Made by a program: the position numbers and the translations under genes. The notes beneath the pieces are model-generated. The model was not told where the DNA came from. It saw only the letters and a program-made list of their open reading frames with translations, and searched no databases. A stretch of DNA of 64,000 nucleotides, taken from assembly GCF_009914755.1 (NCBI RefSeq), contig NC_060938.1. One strand, written 5' to 3'. Origin of the DNA: the human T2T-CHM13v2.0 reference genome, Homo sapiens. This document shows, piece by piece, positions 13,565-29,800 of this stretch (the first letter of the stretch is position 1; each line of letters starts with the position of its first letter).

Positions 13565-13666
13565 GCGAGTTAGTAACCTACGAGCGGCTGTGAAGGAAAC
13601 TGTTTAACCGGATCCCATTGTACCCAGAGTGCAGAGCCGCCTTTCCAGCATGCAGGGGCTGCTCAG
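13565..13666 (+). other. DAAM1: Non-coding exon 1 (5'UTR) of DAAM1 (Dishevelled-associated activator of morphogenesis 1); start position approximate
   Basis: Strong donor CAG|GTAAGG at 13666/13667 directly downstream of the promoter motifs. gagttagtaacctacgagcggctgtgaaggaaac...gcaggggctgctcag matches my recollection of the DAAM1 mRNA 5' end. The absence of coding exons over the next 50 kb fits a very long intron 1. Gene identity is from memory. Confidence 0.78.
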
Positions 13667-14925
13667 GTAAGGGGGACGCTCCTCCTTGCCCGCCGCACTC
13701 ATTCATTAAGTGGCACTGCTCAGTGGTGCGGGGGTGGGCGTGCTTCCGTGGGCTGGGCGCTGGGTTCGCGGCGCGCCCTCCTGCTGCCTCCCCGGAGCTC
13801 CCGGGCCAGTAGGTAAATATTAAACCCGTCCTTCAGGTTGGGTCTGGGTGGGAACGGGACCGAGACAGCTCTCGGCTGCCTAGCTGGGGGTGGGAAAATG
13901 GCTGCAGCGCAACGCAAACCGAGGCAGCAGGGAGGAAGACGCCCCCAAGGACTGGGGTCCCTCCCTTTCTTTCTAAGGCGCCCGGCTGGCCGAGGAGCTG
14001 GCGGGGTAACACTCGCCGCCTTGCTGAAGGCTCCCCGGGGCTGGGGCCGCGGGTACTGCAGCGGCGTCCGCGAGCTCCCGGCCCGGCGGCTCCGAGAGGG
14101 AGAACCCCGAGGCAGGCTTGGTGGACACGGCGGTGGCGACAGGGAAGGAGGGACTCGTGTACCCGTTCGCGTCCGAGCAGAGCCCCCAGTGCCCCTGGCA
14201 CCCTCACTTCCAGCCCCATTCGAAAGGGACGGAGCGCCTGTAATTCAGACTAAGTTGGACCTAAATGTTTCAAAACAGAGAGAAGGGAAATCGGGCGTTG
14301 CGGAGGGAGAGCAGGGTGTTGGCGGCCGGGGAGGCTGCGCCGCCTGCGGACCCGGTTGTGAGGCACCGCAGAGGGCTTTTGCCGCCCGTCCCTCTCGGGA
14401 GGGCGCATCTCAGTCTCCACGGTCCCTTGGTGTAGAGCACCTGGGCTGGGGCGAAGCGCCTGCCCTGAAGCCCTGGGCCAGGAGGTGGTAGCGCGGGGGT
14501 GGAGGTGTCGGATAATCTAATGATTAGGCTCGCTGTGGGGCAGGAGGGCTGGATAATCGGGTTTACCCAGCTGGTTCTGAAAGCCAACTGCTTGTGATCG
14601 GCTTGCCCTCTGAGTGGAGACGTGCAGGAGGCCCAGAGCTCTCAGTCCTCTGGATGTTCTTTGCCTTTCCTAGTACCTTCATTTGTTCGTTTACTCATTC
14701 ATCAAACCCTGCTAAGGTCTCAAGTTGTTCACGGCCTGGCTTTGCGGAGCTACCTCTCGCCCCATAACATATTTAGTGATGCCTGAACTCCATTCCCCTC
14801 TCCTTCATCTCCACTTTCTGGAGAGCATCAAGAGCAAATGCCACCGTGACCGTTTTGCTGGTAGTTTCTTGAGATTCGAGCAGGACCCAGTGAATCGAAG
14901 CGGAGTTGCCTGCAAGATGAATCCC

Positions 14926-14939
14926 GTTGCCATGGCGAC
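14926..14939. promoter_or_regulatory. RFX X-box GTTGCCATGGCGAC
   Basis: 13/14 match to the palindromic consensus GTTGCCATGGCAAC, inside the CpG island. Confidence 0.65.
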
Positions 14940-15499
14940 TCCTGCCTTCGGAATCTTAGCCGCTGCCACTGCTGTTTCGATTCGATGTGGCTCTGCGGGC
15001 AGCTGGGAGGGAGTGGCTAGTGGGTGTGGTCAAACGCTCGCCCTGGCCCAGCTGCTCTCTCCTCCTCGCCCCTTTCACAGCCCCGGGACTCTCCCCTTTC
15101 TCTCCTAAATAGCTTGGACACAGTTCTAAACCCCTTTCCCTTCCCCGTGCCACACCTCATCACGCCACCTCTCTCCCTGAAACTAATTGTTTGGCGCCTT
15201 TTTCCTGAGGCAAACTCTGAAAATTATAATTTGAAAAATCTCTTCCCCCTTTCGGGCTAGCCGCATCATTTCCCCAATAAGGTAGTTTATGGTGTTGGAG
15301 GCAGCTTTGTCATGAAAGGCGCCCTCCCCTGTTGTGCATAAAGAGAGCTCTCTGGTCACCAGCAAAGGCCCTCAATTTGCTCTAGGTGCAGCTGATTGGA
15401 AGTGATTAGGGACAATTAATAACGGCTGGAAGACACTGCAGTCCCTTGTGGTTCTCATAAAATCTAAAGCCAGGCTAGAGGGCGCAGGTCCTTGAGGGT

Positions 15500-15640
15500 G
15501 AAGCATGCAGGGCCATAACCAGGAGCCTTGGGTCCTACTCTGGCTCTGTCAGTCACTGGCTACTCCACGTTGGGATTAACCCTTTACCTCTGGGAACCTC
15601 AGTCTTCTCTTTGGTAATGTGAGGAAAGGGTAGAGAGGGT
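15500..15640 (+). mobile_element. MIR fragment
   Basis: ctctggctctgtcagtcactggct...acctctgggaacctcagt. Confidence 0.55.
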
Positions 15641-16214
15641 TTCCTAACGTTAATTCTAGGCGCAATGGCCTATGATTCCAAGATAGACTTGGTCATTGTC
15701 CTTTTTCGTCCCCGACCCCAAAGTAATCTGAAGTTAAGGGTTTAAACTTGGCTTCTGATACTGTGCCGTCAGGTTATATGGACAAGGCAGCTATGTGACT
15801 ATTTATAATACTGTTTATACTACCACTACTATTATTCCAGTATCTGGACCCTTCTAATTATACTTTAGTATTATAACTAATTGTTTAGGTTTTGCCTTTT
15901 TATAGATTCCTAATGAATGCAGTTATTTGTAATTGCATTAAGTGTAATTGACATATAAATATTTTGTTTCCCCTCTGCTTGCATTTTATACCAATGTGCA
16001 TTATCACAGATGTTGCAATTATGGGGGAAAGTGTGTATATGAGAGTGTCCGTGCATGTGTATCCATAGTCAGGTAAATGCTTGGGATTGCTGTGTGCTTG
16101 GTGGTTGACACTTACGATCTTATTTTAAGTAGGTAGCTACATCCCCATGAGGAAACAGGATCAGAAGTTGTCACTTTTTTCCTGGAACTTACCATTAAAT
16201 GAAAATTTCCTTCA

Positions 16215-16352
16215 TTCTTCTGCTTGTCTACCCTACTAGATTATAAGCTCCTTGAGGGCAGTGTCTTTGTTTTGTCCTTTTCTGTCCCCCCAGCATTTAG
16301 AGCAGTTTGTTCATTTGTAGGTCTTTAATAAATATATGTTAAACGAATATTA
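16215..16352 (+). mobile_element. L2 3' end
   Basis: ctagattataagctccttgagggcag...aataaatatatgttaaacgaat. Confidence 0.75.
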
Positions 16353-17045
16353 AGTAGCAGAACTATGATTGGAGATCCAAGGTCTATTATTTCCACTGAT
16401 AGTTCTGTCATCCGTGGTAATATTCCCCTTAGCTTTTCTATCAAGCAGTTTCATTTCATCATAAACCAAAACTTGTCTGGCATAAAAGGCCTTCTATGTA
16501 TTTGAAATAGACATATTTCCTAATTATTTGCTTTTAGAATACATTCACTCACATCGACTGTTTCTTTGTAGTTACAATTTCTTATTACCCCTGAACCAGG
16601 CATTTCTAGATTTCTCTCAGTTGCACTATCCTTGGCCCAGATAATCTTCCCAGGAGGTGTGTGACACGTGAATAGGGAGAGACACCAAGAGAAAGATACC
16701 CAGAAGCCTTTGCCAGGCCACCAGTGTCTCCCAGAAGAGCTGGGAGACAATAGTCCTCTCACCTGAGGCAGAGCCGTTCCGTAAACAGGATCAGTTGTTT
16801 CAGGCTGGTTGATGTGAAAGAAATGTGAAAGAACATTTGCCCAATATTTGTAACATGTTACCATCCAGTAGTCTGATTCTGTGGGTTTTCAGGAGCATAA
16901 ATTAATAAATTAGTGAGGAGGTGTGATAATGAAGAGGGTGTGGTGGGTCACATCCTTGGGTGGTGCTTACAGGAGCTCCATGAATAGGTGCTAAGGAATT
17001 TGAATCCTGGCTTTCTTGTTTTGTGGACATGTTCTGCTTGTTAAG

Positions 17046-17048
<3 letters not shown>

Positions 17049-17098
<50 letters not shown>
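17049..17098. repeat. (TG)25 microsatellite
   Basis: Perfect dinucleotide run, counted directly. Confidence 0.98.
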
Positions 17099-17099
<1 letters not shown>

Positions 17100-17675
17100 T
17101 TTTGAGCTACTTTGTTTAAAAGGCTGCTTTTAGTGTTGGCACTATGGTCCTTAAAACAAATAAGGTGTTTACAAGCAAAAGTTCTGATTGAAAGTGTTTC
17201 ATTTTGTAAATATTTGGGAGATGGCATAAAGAGAAACTTGAGGTCTTGTGTGAAAACACTTTAAAGTTGCAGCTGTTGGACCAGAGGAAACATGCTTTTC
17301 CAACAAAGCTTGGTATCCTTGAGTGCCCTAGGTGTTTGGTTCAGGAAATAATCACAGAGCTTGTAACTGCTGTGGGGCCCTCCCTGGCTTCAAGCCGTGC
17401 TCTGGTATTTCCAGTGTTAAGTCTATCCTTATATTGCCGGAAACAAAGCAAGGTGTCCAACTTGGGTTAGCAAACTTGTTTTCTCTCTAGAGGGGACACC
17501 AGTCAAAATAGAAGTTCTATATTCTGTTGTGATTTTTTCCTCTTTGGATGAGGAATATGGTGACTTATTTTGGTATTACAATTTCTAACTTGGTAATAGA
17601 GGTAATATTCTAAGTGAATACCAATCTTAAGTACGCACAGCATCTGTTGTAGTGGTTTCAAGACCTCAAAGTTTA

Positions 17676-17986
17676 GGCCGGGCGCGGTGGCTCAAGCCTG
17701 TAATCCCAGCACTTTGGGAGGCCAAGTCGGGAGGATCATGAGGTCAGGACATCGAGACCATCCTGGCTAACACGGGGAAACCCCGTCTCTACTAAAAATA
17801 CAAAAAATTAGCCGGGTGTGGTGGCGGGTGCCTGTAGTCCCAGTTACTCAGGAGGCTGAGGCAGGAGAATGTCCTGAACCAGGGAGGCGGAGCTTGCAGT
17901 GAACGGAGATTGCGCCACTGAACTCCAGCCTGGACTACAGAGCGAGACTCCGTCTCAAAACAACAACAACAACAACAACAACAAAA
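17676..17986 (+). mobile_element. AluY with (CAA)n tail
   Basis: ggccgggcgcggtggctc...gagaccatcctggctaacacgg..ggagcttgcagtg; TSD cctcaaagttta on both sides. Confidence 0.95.
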
Positions 17987-18799
17987 CCCTCAAAGTTTAG
18001 AGGAAATTGATTGCACAGGTACTATTTAAGAAACTGGTACTGAGAGCATTTTCTCTATTTCTGTATGTGGCTTGGAGGTAATGTCTGGTTGACAGATCAG
18101 GCTAGGGTGGATGATACCCCTCTTGAAGATGCATTCACTTAGCAAGTGTACTGTCTTTTATGTAGATTATATTATTTAGAGTGGCTGAGGCTGCTGATAG
18201 AGACCAGCGTTGAAGTGTGGATCTGAAGTTCACCCCCTTTCTCTGAGCTGTCACCTTGTTTGTAGCCCCACTGAAACAGGGACAGACGAACATGAGATTC
18301 AAGTTGATTTTAGTGACCTATATTTCATCCAGCAGATTTTTTTTTTCAGAAATAAAAGGTTACCTTTTAATTTTTTAGTATCCTTTCCACTGTTCTAGGA
18401 GCAGGGGGAGAACAGAGCATTTCAGGGAGAGTTTGCATTCATAGTCCACAAGTTTGCATACATAGAACATGTGTCTAAAAATGAACTGAATGTTAAGTCC
18501 TAGAAGCACAGCAACAAGTGTGCAGAGCCTTCCCCATCACTCCCAATTAATCTGGGGTTACCAAATACACCCTCAGCTTTGGTGAGCTTGTTTTCCTCAT
18601 TGATGTTTAAGCGTTCCTGGTTTTTACTCTGTCTGTGACTTTCTGCAGTAATGGCTGTCCACGTCTGGAATGTGCTTCCCTCTGAGTGTCTGGATTATCT
18701 TGTGCTTTCATATCTAGCTCAGGTGCCACAGCTTCCACGAAGCCTTCCCTGCCCTTCCTCCTTAAAGCACTTAGCTTGACCACACAACACTTACAGCTA

Positions 18800-19025
18800 A
18801 TTTGATACCGATATTGTATGTGAGGTGCCTACCTCATGCCAAGCCCTTTCTAATACTTTCCATGGGCTACGTCATTGACTGCACATAATTATACAAGATA
18901 GATACTTTTATTGCCATGTTCTAGATGAGGAAACTGAGGCACAGAGAAGTTAAAGAACTTGCCTAGCTTAGGCCACACAGCCTGTAAGTGGCAGACCAGG
19001 TTAGGGACTCAAGCAGTCTAGTTCT
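18800..19025 (-). mobile_element. MIR, flanked by L2-like fragments
   Basis: gatgaggaaactgaggcacagagaagttaaagaacttgcc. Confidence 0.85.
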
Positions 19026-20035
19026 TTATACATCCTGATGTTGCGATGTTGCCTGGTTTCTGACTTTCCGGCACGTTATTCTTTTCTCTGCAACTCGAGT
19101 TGGGGTAATCACAGCTTCCTTTGAGTCTCTTAATTCTCAGACAGTGCTGGGTCAGTAAGTCCTGGATTAATTGAGAGTAAAATGACTTCTTCATGTCACA
19201 GGTTCTTACAGCCTGATTTTCTGGAACAGAAAATGTTGTGTGAGATTAAAAATGTTGTTTTTGAGTATTTAAATGATAAAACTTTGGAGCTCTCTTTTGC
19301 TGTATGAACGATAGACAAATTATTTGAAAAAGGAAATGCTCTTATATTACAACTCTAAATCTGTTTGGAGCCTGTCCAGCATTAGACCTTATTTGTTAAG
19401 TGAGGTAACTTTTCACTGGGTTGAATCCCTCATCTGATAAAAGATCTTCTCACCCTGAACAGGGCCACAGAAGCCTGTGTTGAGAGTTAAGAGGGCCCAT
19501 AATTTCTCAGCCTCCCTCTTCCCTGTAGTCTTTTAACATACATTGTGAAAGCTCTTTTGAAAAGAAAATAATGAACACTTGAGCAGTAGTCAAACATGTA
19601 ATCTAATATTGGATAGCCTTAGATATTAAAATAAACTTTTTCCCCCCACCTCAGAAGAGATACTTTTATTTATTTTTACAGTGGAGCAAATTTGGTGCCA
19701 AATAAACAATTTCTATTCTTTTAAACCATAGCCACAGTTGTGAATTAAATGGGGAAAACCAGGGAAGCAAGTTCAATTTCCAATGCAGTTGGTGCGATTT
19801 CGTGACTTACAATAGATCTTTTCCTTTTGGCTTAAAACTAGATATTGTGCCACTTAGACAATATTTAATGAAGACAATTGACTAAAACACAAGGAAATAA
19901 TAGGAAAGCTATGCCTTAACGGCATATTGCCAGGAAGGGAAACATGAAAACAAAAGGCTTGTTAGCCATTAGGCTACACAATCATAAAATTTTTTGAACA
20001 GACATTGATTTCAGAAGGTTTTTCTTTTTTCTTAA

Positions 20036-20352
<317 letters not shown>

Positions 20353-21371
20353 TCATCTTGTTATACTTTTTAAGTATGTCATTCACCTTTAGTAATAACC
20401 TGGGTTTATTCTGTTCTATAAATTACACCAGGATTGGGGTTTTAAGGCTACCTGTATTTCTGCTGGCACACAATTAAGGTCACCTATTAAACTGGTCTTT
20501 GTCATTTTTATGTCTAAAAAAAATACCTGCAGTGTGATTGGAAAATGTTGCCTATCTGATAGACTTCCTGAATTTAGGCTTACAAGAGTAGATAGCCCAG
20601 ATCCTAGCTTTGGGCATTGTTGGGGTAATACAGATGCCCATCTTTTATTTTCTGAGATAGGTTCTTATATTCTGGCTTGTTGGCTAGCTCAGTTTGTTAG
20701 TGACATACAAACCAGGTCAAGGGCATGGGTTAGCTTTGCCTTGTTTTGGAGCCACAAACTGTACCTGTAATTCTAGTCAGATTTTTTCTGTATCTTTTTT
20801 TTTTTTAAATTAATCATGCTTTTGGGGACTAGACTGTACATTGTGGACATATCAGTGCACAGCTATCACTACTAAGGGCAAAAAAAGGTGCCATATTTTA
20901 AAGCGAACTGGTAGGAAAACCCTGTAAGTGAGAGGCAAGACTGCCAGCAGCTTGCTAAGGAACCGTATGCTTCTGACAGTTGTCCTCCTGTGAAGATTAG
21001 GTCAGGACTAGGGGCAGCTTCTTGAAAGTTTGCCAAAGCCAATAGCCTTGATCTTTTTCCTTTCTTGGCAGAATGACAGATGCCATCAATGTGTGTTTGG
21101 GTGCTACTTCTGGACTTACTCTTAGATAAAGTTCTGGATATTTGTGCCCAAGAAGAAGAGTAAAGGATGGTGGTCAACATTATTCACCAGATGAGATAGA
21201 TTGTTCATATGTGCCTAAGCTTAAATTTGTATTAGTTTCATAGAGATTTGGTAAAACCAAGCAGGGAAATGTTTAGACACAAGTTAGAACCCGCAGTTCT
21301 GTAACAAGAGGTTTAGACCAGGGACCCTTCTAAATCCCCAGAATGTACTACAAAATTAATTGTAAGAAATG

Positions 21372-22122
<751 letters not shown>

Positions 22123-23100
22123 GGAATTATTTTTTCAAATGCAACTACAGTTAACTCATTATTAGTGGCTGCTATTTGATTTAGGCTGATGGTGGAAAAG
22201 AAACAACAATACCATTTCTGTTTGGTTTCCCCATCCTGTTTGTGTGGCAGTCATTTCTGCGTTAGAGGTACTTTGTTCAGCACTGTTGGTAATGTGAACT
22301 AAAAGTTGGAGGACATGCAATAAATAAATGCTGGAATTGAAGCCAATGGCTGAGACTGACCGCACCATGTTCTCAGAAGGTTAAATGAACAGGCCTGCTA
22401 TTATATTTTCGTCTTTTAAAAATCAAGAATAGAGATTAAACTGGAAATACTCTGACCCATTTAGGGCTTGAGATTCTGTGAGTAGGTAACACTTCCAACT
22501 ATGGAAGTTCTAGGAACTGTGGCAGGAAACTGCCTTGCCTATGATATTTTCTGCTAAGGGCTGGTTAAAATGTTTTTAAAAATGTATATAGTTTTATATT
22601 TAACCCAATTTCTTTTCAGGCTGTGTCTGAAGTTACGTTTCTTCCATACCTTACCTTTTCTTTCTATACTCCCTGCATTGCAGTTTGACAGTTCTGCTCC
22701 TTTGGCTTCTCTGTGGGCAGGGTGAGATGGCTGTCTCCAGTCTGCCAAGTTCCATATCTTGGGAGCCCCATCACTGACCTTACAGAAAAGCATGTCTTCC
22801 CCCCTTAACCCTCTAGCTTAGAATGAGAGCTGTGAGGCAGCTGGGAGAGGAAGGCTTACATTGTAATTCTGTCAAGCTCAGATTGTTTTTCTGACGAACA
22901 AGTTGAGGGAAGTAGGTAGAGGGGAGGACAGAGAGAGTTGCTGGGTTTCACTTATCTTATCATTTGTTTCCCTCTGGATGGCCTTTGTTTATGCTGTCTC
23001 TTCAGGCCAGGAATTCCTCCAACAGAAATCATGCGTACACTCGGGGACATTCACATTGGGGCTTCCTTCTTGTGTTTCCATTTGCTGATTTGCCTTTCTT

Positions 23101-23438
<338 letters not shown>

Positions 23439-24194
23439 CCATTTGCTGATTTGCCTTTCTTCTCTACAGCCTGATCCGGAAGGAGGGGTGGAAATACTTA
23501 ACCTGCTTTTAATGCTTCTGTTAGGGGATAAAGAGATTTTACAACAGTGATGTGGGGCAAACATGTGGGTGACTTTTCTAATGAGGAAGGAGGATAATGC
23601 TGAGTAAATGTAGATTCAATTTACATGTAACTTCTGTTTGGTAGAGTGTTTAATCACACATGTTTGACACCTTGAATGAAATCTCTTCACCTGTCTTTTG
23701 GTGCTTTGCAATTGCACAGAGAAAAAGACACACTCTTTGATTTTAGGTTCAGTTTGGGTAATCGTGGCAATTCCTTTAAACTTTCCGGACCTCTCTTTCC
23801 TCATTCACAGTGTATTCACATAGAATAAGCTATCTTCTGGATAAAAATTCTAAATTTTTGGGAAGACAGTATCCTCTTAAAATAATGACCTCACTTATGT
23901 GGCACTGTGTACTCATCAAAGTAATATCCATTGAATTTCCCTAAAATGGAGATCGGTGAGGGAGAACTCCGATTTTTCGCCCCCAGTTTTCAGCCTTGGC
24001 TGCCCCTGCCTTGGCATGGTGTCCTGAGATCCTGTTCTTGGCTGGAGCTAAGCCCCATGATCTGATCCCCAGTCTCTTCTCAACTGCACAACTCAGGAGT
24101 TTTGTAGGATATAAGGGATGAAACTTGACAGAGTCTTTTGGTGATCATACAGTTCTGTTTAAATTGATCATCACTTTTTAGTTTCTACTTAATT

Positions 24195-24306
24195 GTTTTT
24201 CTTTTTTTAAATTTGACATGAGGTCTTGAACTCCTGGCCTCAAGCAATCCTCCCGCCTCAGCCTCCGGAGTTGCTGGGATTACAGGCGCATGCAACCGTG
24301 CAGGGC
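24195..24306 (-). mobile_element. FLAM/Alu monomer
   Basis: cttgaactcctggcctcaagcaatcctcccgcctcagcctcc; TSD tgatcatcacttt. Confidence 0.85.
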
Positions 24307-24633
24307 TGATCATCACTTTAAACTGGAGTCTGACCACCAGGGGGTCCACAGAGTGAATGTAGCCAGCTGTCCATGTTTTGCTTGGCCAGCACAGTATTAT
24401 TTTTAAAAAGGAGTGATATTTTAGTGAGCATTTATGTTCTGATTTGTCACAGACCTTACCACACTCTAGTGCCTAATGCACAGCCACTTAGTTTATGTGA
24501 TATTTATCTCCTTGGCCCTTGAAGACATTGAGTTTGTGATTCCTATTTTCAACTAAATTAAATTGGGATGAATGTCTCTTCAAAGGTTTATCTAGCAGTG
24601 GGCTGGCAGATGACCCATTTTTGTATTCTAACC

Positions 24634-24852
24634 CAGGGTTTCCCAACATCAGCACTCTTGAAATTTGAAACTGGATAATTATTTGTTGTGAGGCAGATTG
24701 TGCTGTGCACTGTAGGATGTTTAACAGCATCCCTGGCCTCTACCCACTAGATGCCAGTAACATCCCCTCCTCCAGTTGAGACAGCCCAAAATGTCTCCAG
24801 ACATTGCCAAATGTCCCCTGGGGGCAAAATCACCCCGGGTTGAGAGCCATTT
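24634..24852 (+). mobile_element. MER20 hAT-Charlie MITE
   Basis: tgtaggatgtttaacagcatccctggcctctacccactagatgccagt...tgtctccagacattgccaaatgtcccctgggggcaaaatc. Confidence 0.92.
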
Positions 24853-25659
24853 GACAGAGTTTTGGATGGTCTGAAGACTTTAATCATTGAACCAAGCCTG
24901 GATATTTAGGGATAAATTGGAATTCATCTGGGAAACTGCGCCACCCTGCTGTTTTTATTTATTTGGGCAGTTGGTTAGAGCAAAGTAAAGGTCAGTGGAT
25001 TAGACCCTTTAGGGTCACTTCTCCATTCTTCCATGACCACAGCCTGGGAGGCCAGCCACATTTTAAGGACATGTCTTTGGTCACAACAGGAGACTTTGTG
25101 AGACACTGATGCTGGGTCAGGGTAAGCCCAGCAGATCTAGTAGGTAAACAGCTTTGAAGCCCATGGCCTGTGTTGGTAGCTCAGTAATGCTATCTGTGGG
25201 TAAGGAGGATGGGGCTTTGGGGAAAGGGAAGGCCAACTCTGTCATTATTGTCAAATGCCAAAATGCTTTAGAAAAAAAACCTTAAGCTTTAAACATGACA
25301 GCTTATCTCAAATCAGCAGTGTGGGAAGGGCTCTGAAGAGGATTAGCACAGTGATGTTCCATTTTTTTTTTCCTCCCCCAAACAAGAATGTTTTTTAAAC
25401 TTGACTCTAAAACTTGGGCTTTGGCAACACTGAAACTTGCCTTGCCTTTTAGAAAAAACATTGATAAGATTTTCAGGGTACAAAATGAAAATGTTATAAG
25501 GTTTTAAAAACCAACCCAAGTTCCTTTCTTGAGCAACTAATGCAAAGATAATGCTTAAGGAAGCATATATTTTCATATAAAATGTAAAACAACGTTCCTT
25601 CGCAGTTGGATAGGTGGGACTTCTGAGGATATCCAAGCCTCTTCTGTTCTGTCTGGTCT

Positions 25660-26120
<461 letters not shown>

Positions 26121-26216
26121 AAAGGGGAAAATAGGTGAGAAGAGTGAAAGATCTTGGGTTCGGGAAATGTAGTTATAGTTGCAGATGTGGGCTGGGTCTG
26201 GCTGCCTAGCTGGTTA

Positions 26217-26720
<504 letters not shown>

Positions 26721-27899
26721 ATTCATGTCCATTTTGGTGTGACTGTTTAAAAAGATTTGTTTTAGAATTTTGAATTTGTGAAAAGGAAGGGTCTTTTACC
26801 TGTCATATAGTGTGCACTACCTAATACACTGAACCTAATGCTTCTAATAATATTGAAGCTCTATTATATTTTGGCAGGTTTTACTGAAAAACCTCTAAAT
26901 CTGTAGATGAATCAATTTACATTTTAATCCACTGTGTAAAAGAAGGAAACAAACTACCCATTCACAAATAATCAGTACCATGAGCATCCTTGAGATAAAA
27001 ATTCAGCGGGAGAGTAGTAGTAAATGCTTTTCTTAGCCTTCCTTCTAGAGAAGGATCTAAAATAATCTAGAAAGGATCTAGGTTCTTTCACAGCTACCTC
27101 TGTGAGCTTCCTGTGAGACCCTCCTCTGGCGTCATAGACGTGGGCAGGTCCGTTTCAAGTTTCCCTCAGTCTGTTTCATGTTGCCAGCACTACATCTCAT
27201 GGAGGACCTTGTCTTTGGCCCAGAGTTACAGTGACCCAAGGGGGTGGGAGATCAAATAAAATGGCTTTAAAAAACATTTAGACAGAATTTCAGATCCAGG
27301 CTTCTAGCAAGCATAGCAGAAGCAAGGAAAATAGCTGATTTTTAGGGGAAAATATACTTGGCATTTTATGGACTATCCCATAAACCATAAAAGCAACACC
27401 TTAAAACATCATTCATTTGTTCATTTGCCATTTAAAAAATGTTTTTAGTGTTGAGCGTATACATTTCAGAATGCTGTATGTTCTTAGAGAAACCCCCGGT
27501 TTTTTCCTTTGTAGTACAGAAGTCTTGTTTTACTTAAGTAAAGCTCAGATTATCCTCTGTCTTCAGCTTCTGAAATAAACATTACCTGTGCAATAGGTGA
27601 AGAGTTTCCCCAATGAAATGCTCTTTGCGTTCCCTGGCAGGTGCTTTCATGTTTTGCTTATTTGGAGCATTTTCATTTCTTTCAAAGGAATGTTTACAAC
27701 ATGAGTTATGGAAGTTCTACAATCCCAAATGAGTTTTTAAGATATTTGTTATGTCTATGGTCAAATCTTCTACCTCCTGTTCTTTTCTTTCCTAAATGTT
27801 GATTTTGAGTCTTGAATGCCCAAGCCTTTCTACTACTAGGGAAATGTATTAGCATAGCGTAGTATTGAAGAAAGAAGGACAGTTAAAGACAGAACATGA

Positions 27900-28200
<301 letters not shown>

Positions 28201-28202
28201 AT

Positions 28203-28355
28203 AGCTTTCTTTTGGAGATGATGAAGATGTTCTAAAAGTAGTGGTAATAGTGACATATTTGTGAATCTCCTAAAACCCACCAAATTGTACAGTGCATATG
28301 GATGAATTTTATGGTACACAAACTGTATCTCAAAATAAAGCTATTATTAAAAAAC
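28203..28355 (+). mobile_element. L1M 3' terminus
   Basis: ggagatgatgaagatgttctaaaa...gaattttatggta...tatctcaaaataaagct. Confidence 0.75.
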
Positions 28356-29014
28356 ATTTAAAAGAATCAGACTAAGTAGAATCTTAGATTTTTAGGCCTT
28401 AGGGATAATACTACTTTCCCATTTGTTATCTTCATGTACATCTCATTTTTTCCTCTAAATAAACAGAGTATGACATGCACAAAGGATAGATGTGGTAATT
28501 CCTTAATATTTATGGACCACTTGAGATATGAGAATCTTTGTTATAAAGAAATTTTTGTTGTAGTAGAATCTGATCCATGTTTTTCTCATACATCCTAATC
28601 ATGAGCTAGGGTATTAGAGGATAAAAAGCTTTCTTATACTTTATACCTGCTGTGATGACAAGCTAAGGTTTTGGTGATGCCTTTGGCTTGGTCACAACGT
28701 GCTTTCAGTGTGTTCATTTGATTATTTTGCAGCATGTTTCTGCTGTAGAAGTCTTCATATTGTAAAAAGCATTCAAGTATGAACTCTTGCCTATAAAACT
28801 AACTGTGTTGGATAAGAAATGTTTTATTTAACAGGGATTATGTAGCTCAAGGTTTCTCAAATTTGGATTCATGATCGTCTGTGAAACACTGTATTAAAAG
28901 TTAAATTGCCAAATGTTTAGGTACTCACTTGGTGTTGATGGGATCATAAACCCATGTGCAAAGGTAGGCCTTGAGATACTGTGGTGTTATTTGGTTATAA
29001 AATGCTTATGAAGG

Positions 29015-29800
<786 letters not shown>

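Larger units (their letters stand above)
12800..15200. promoter_or_regulatory. CpG island containing the promoter and first exon
   Basis: Abrupt rise in GC and CpG density relative to the CpG-depleted flanks; no repeats inside. Confidence 0.93.

Noticed and set aside
13838-14491. 217-aa ORF and other overlapping ORFs in the CpG island
   Set aside because: Non-ATG start, Gly/Arg/Ala/Pro-rich composition expected from GC-rich DNA with few stops, lies just inside intron 1, and resembles no protein I recognise.
15470-15487. CTCF-like ggctagagggcgc (and gcagcagcaggcgc near 12801)
   Set aside because: The 3' core matches but the conserved 5' CC positions (or the central G run in the second site) do not; cannot be supported without ChIP data.
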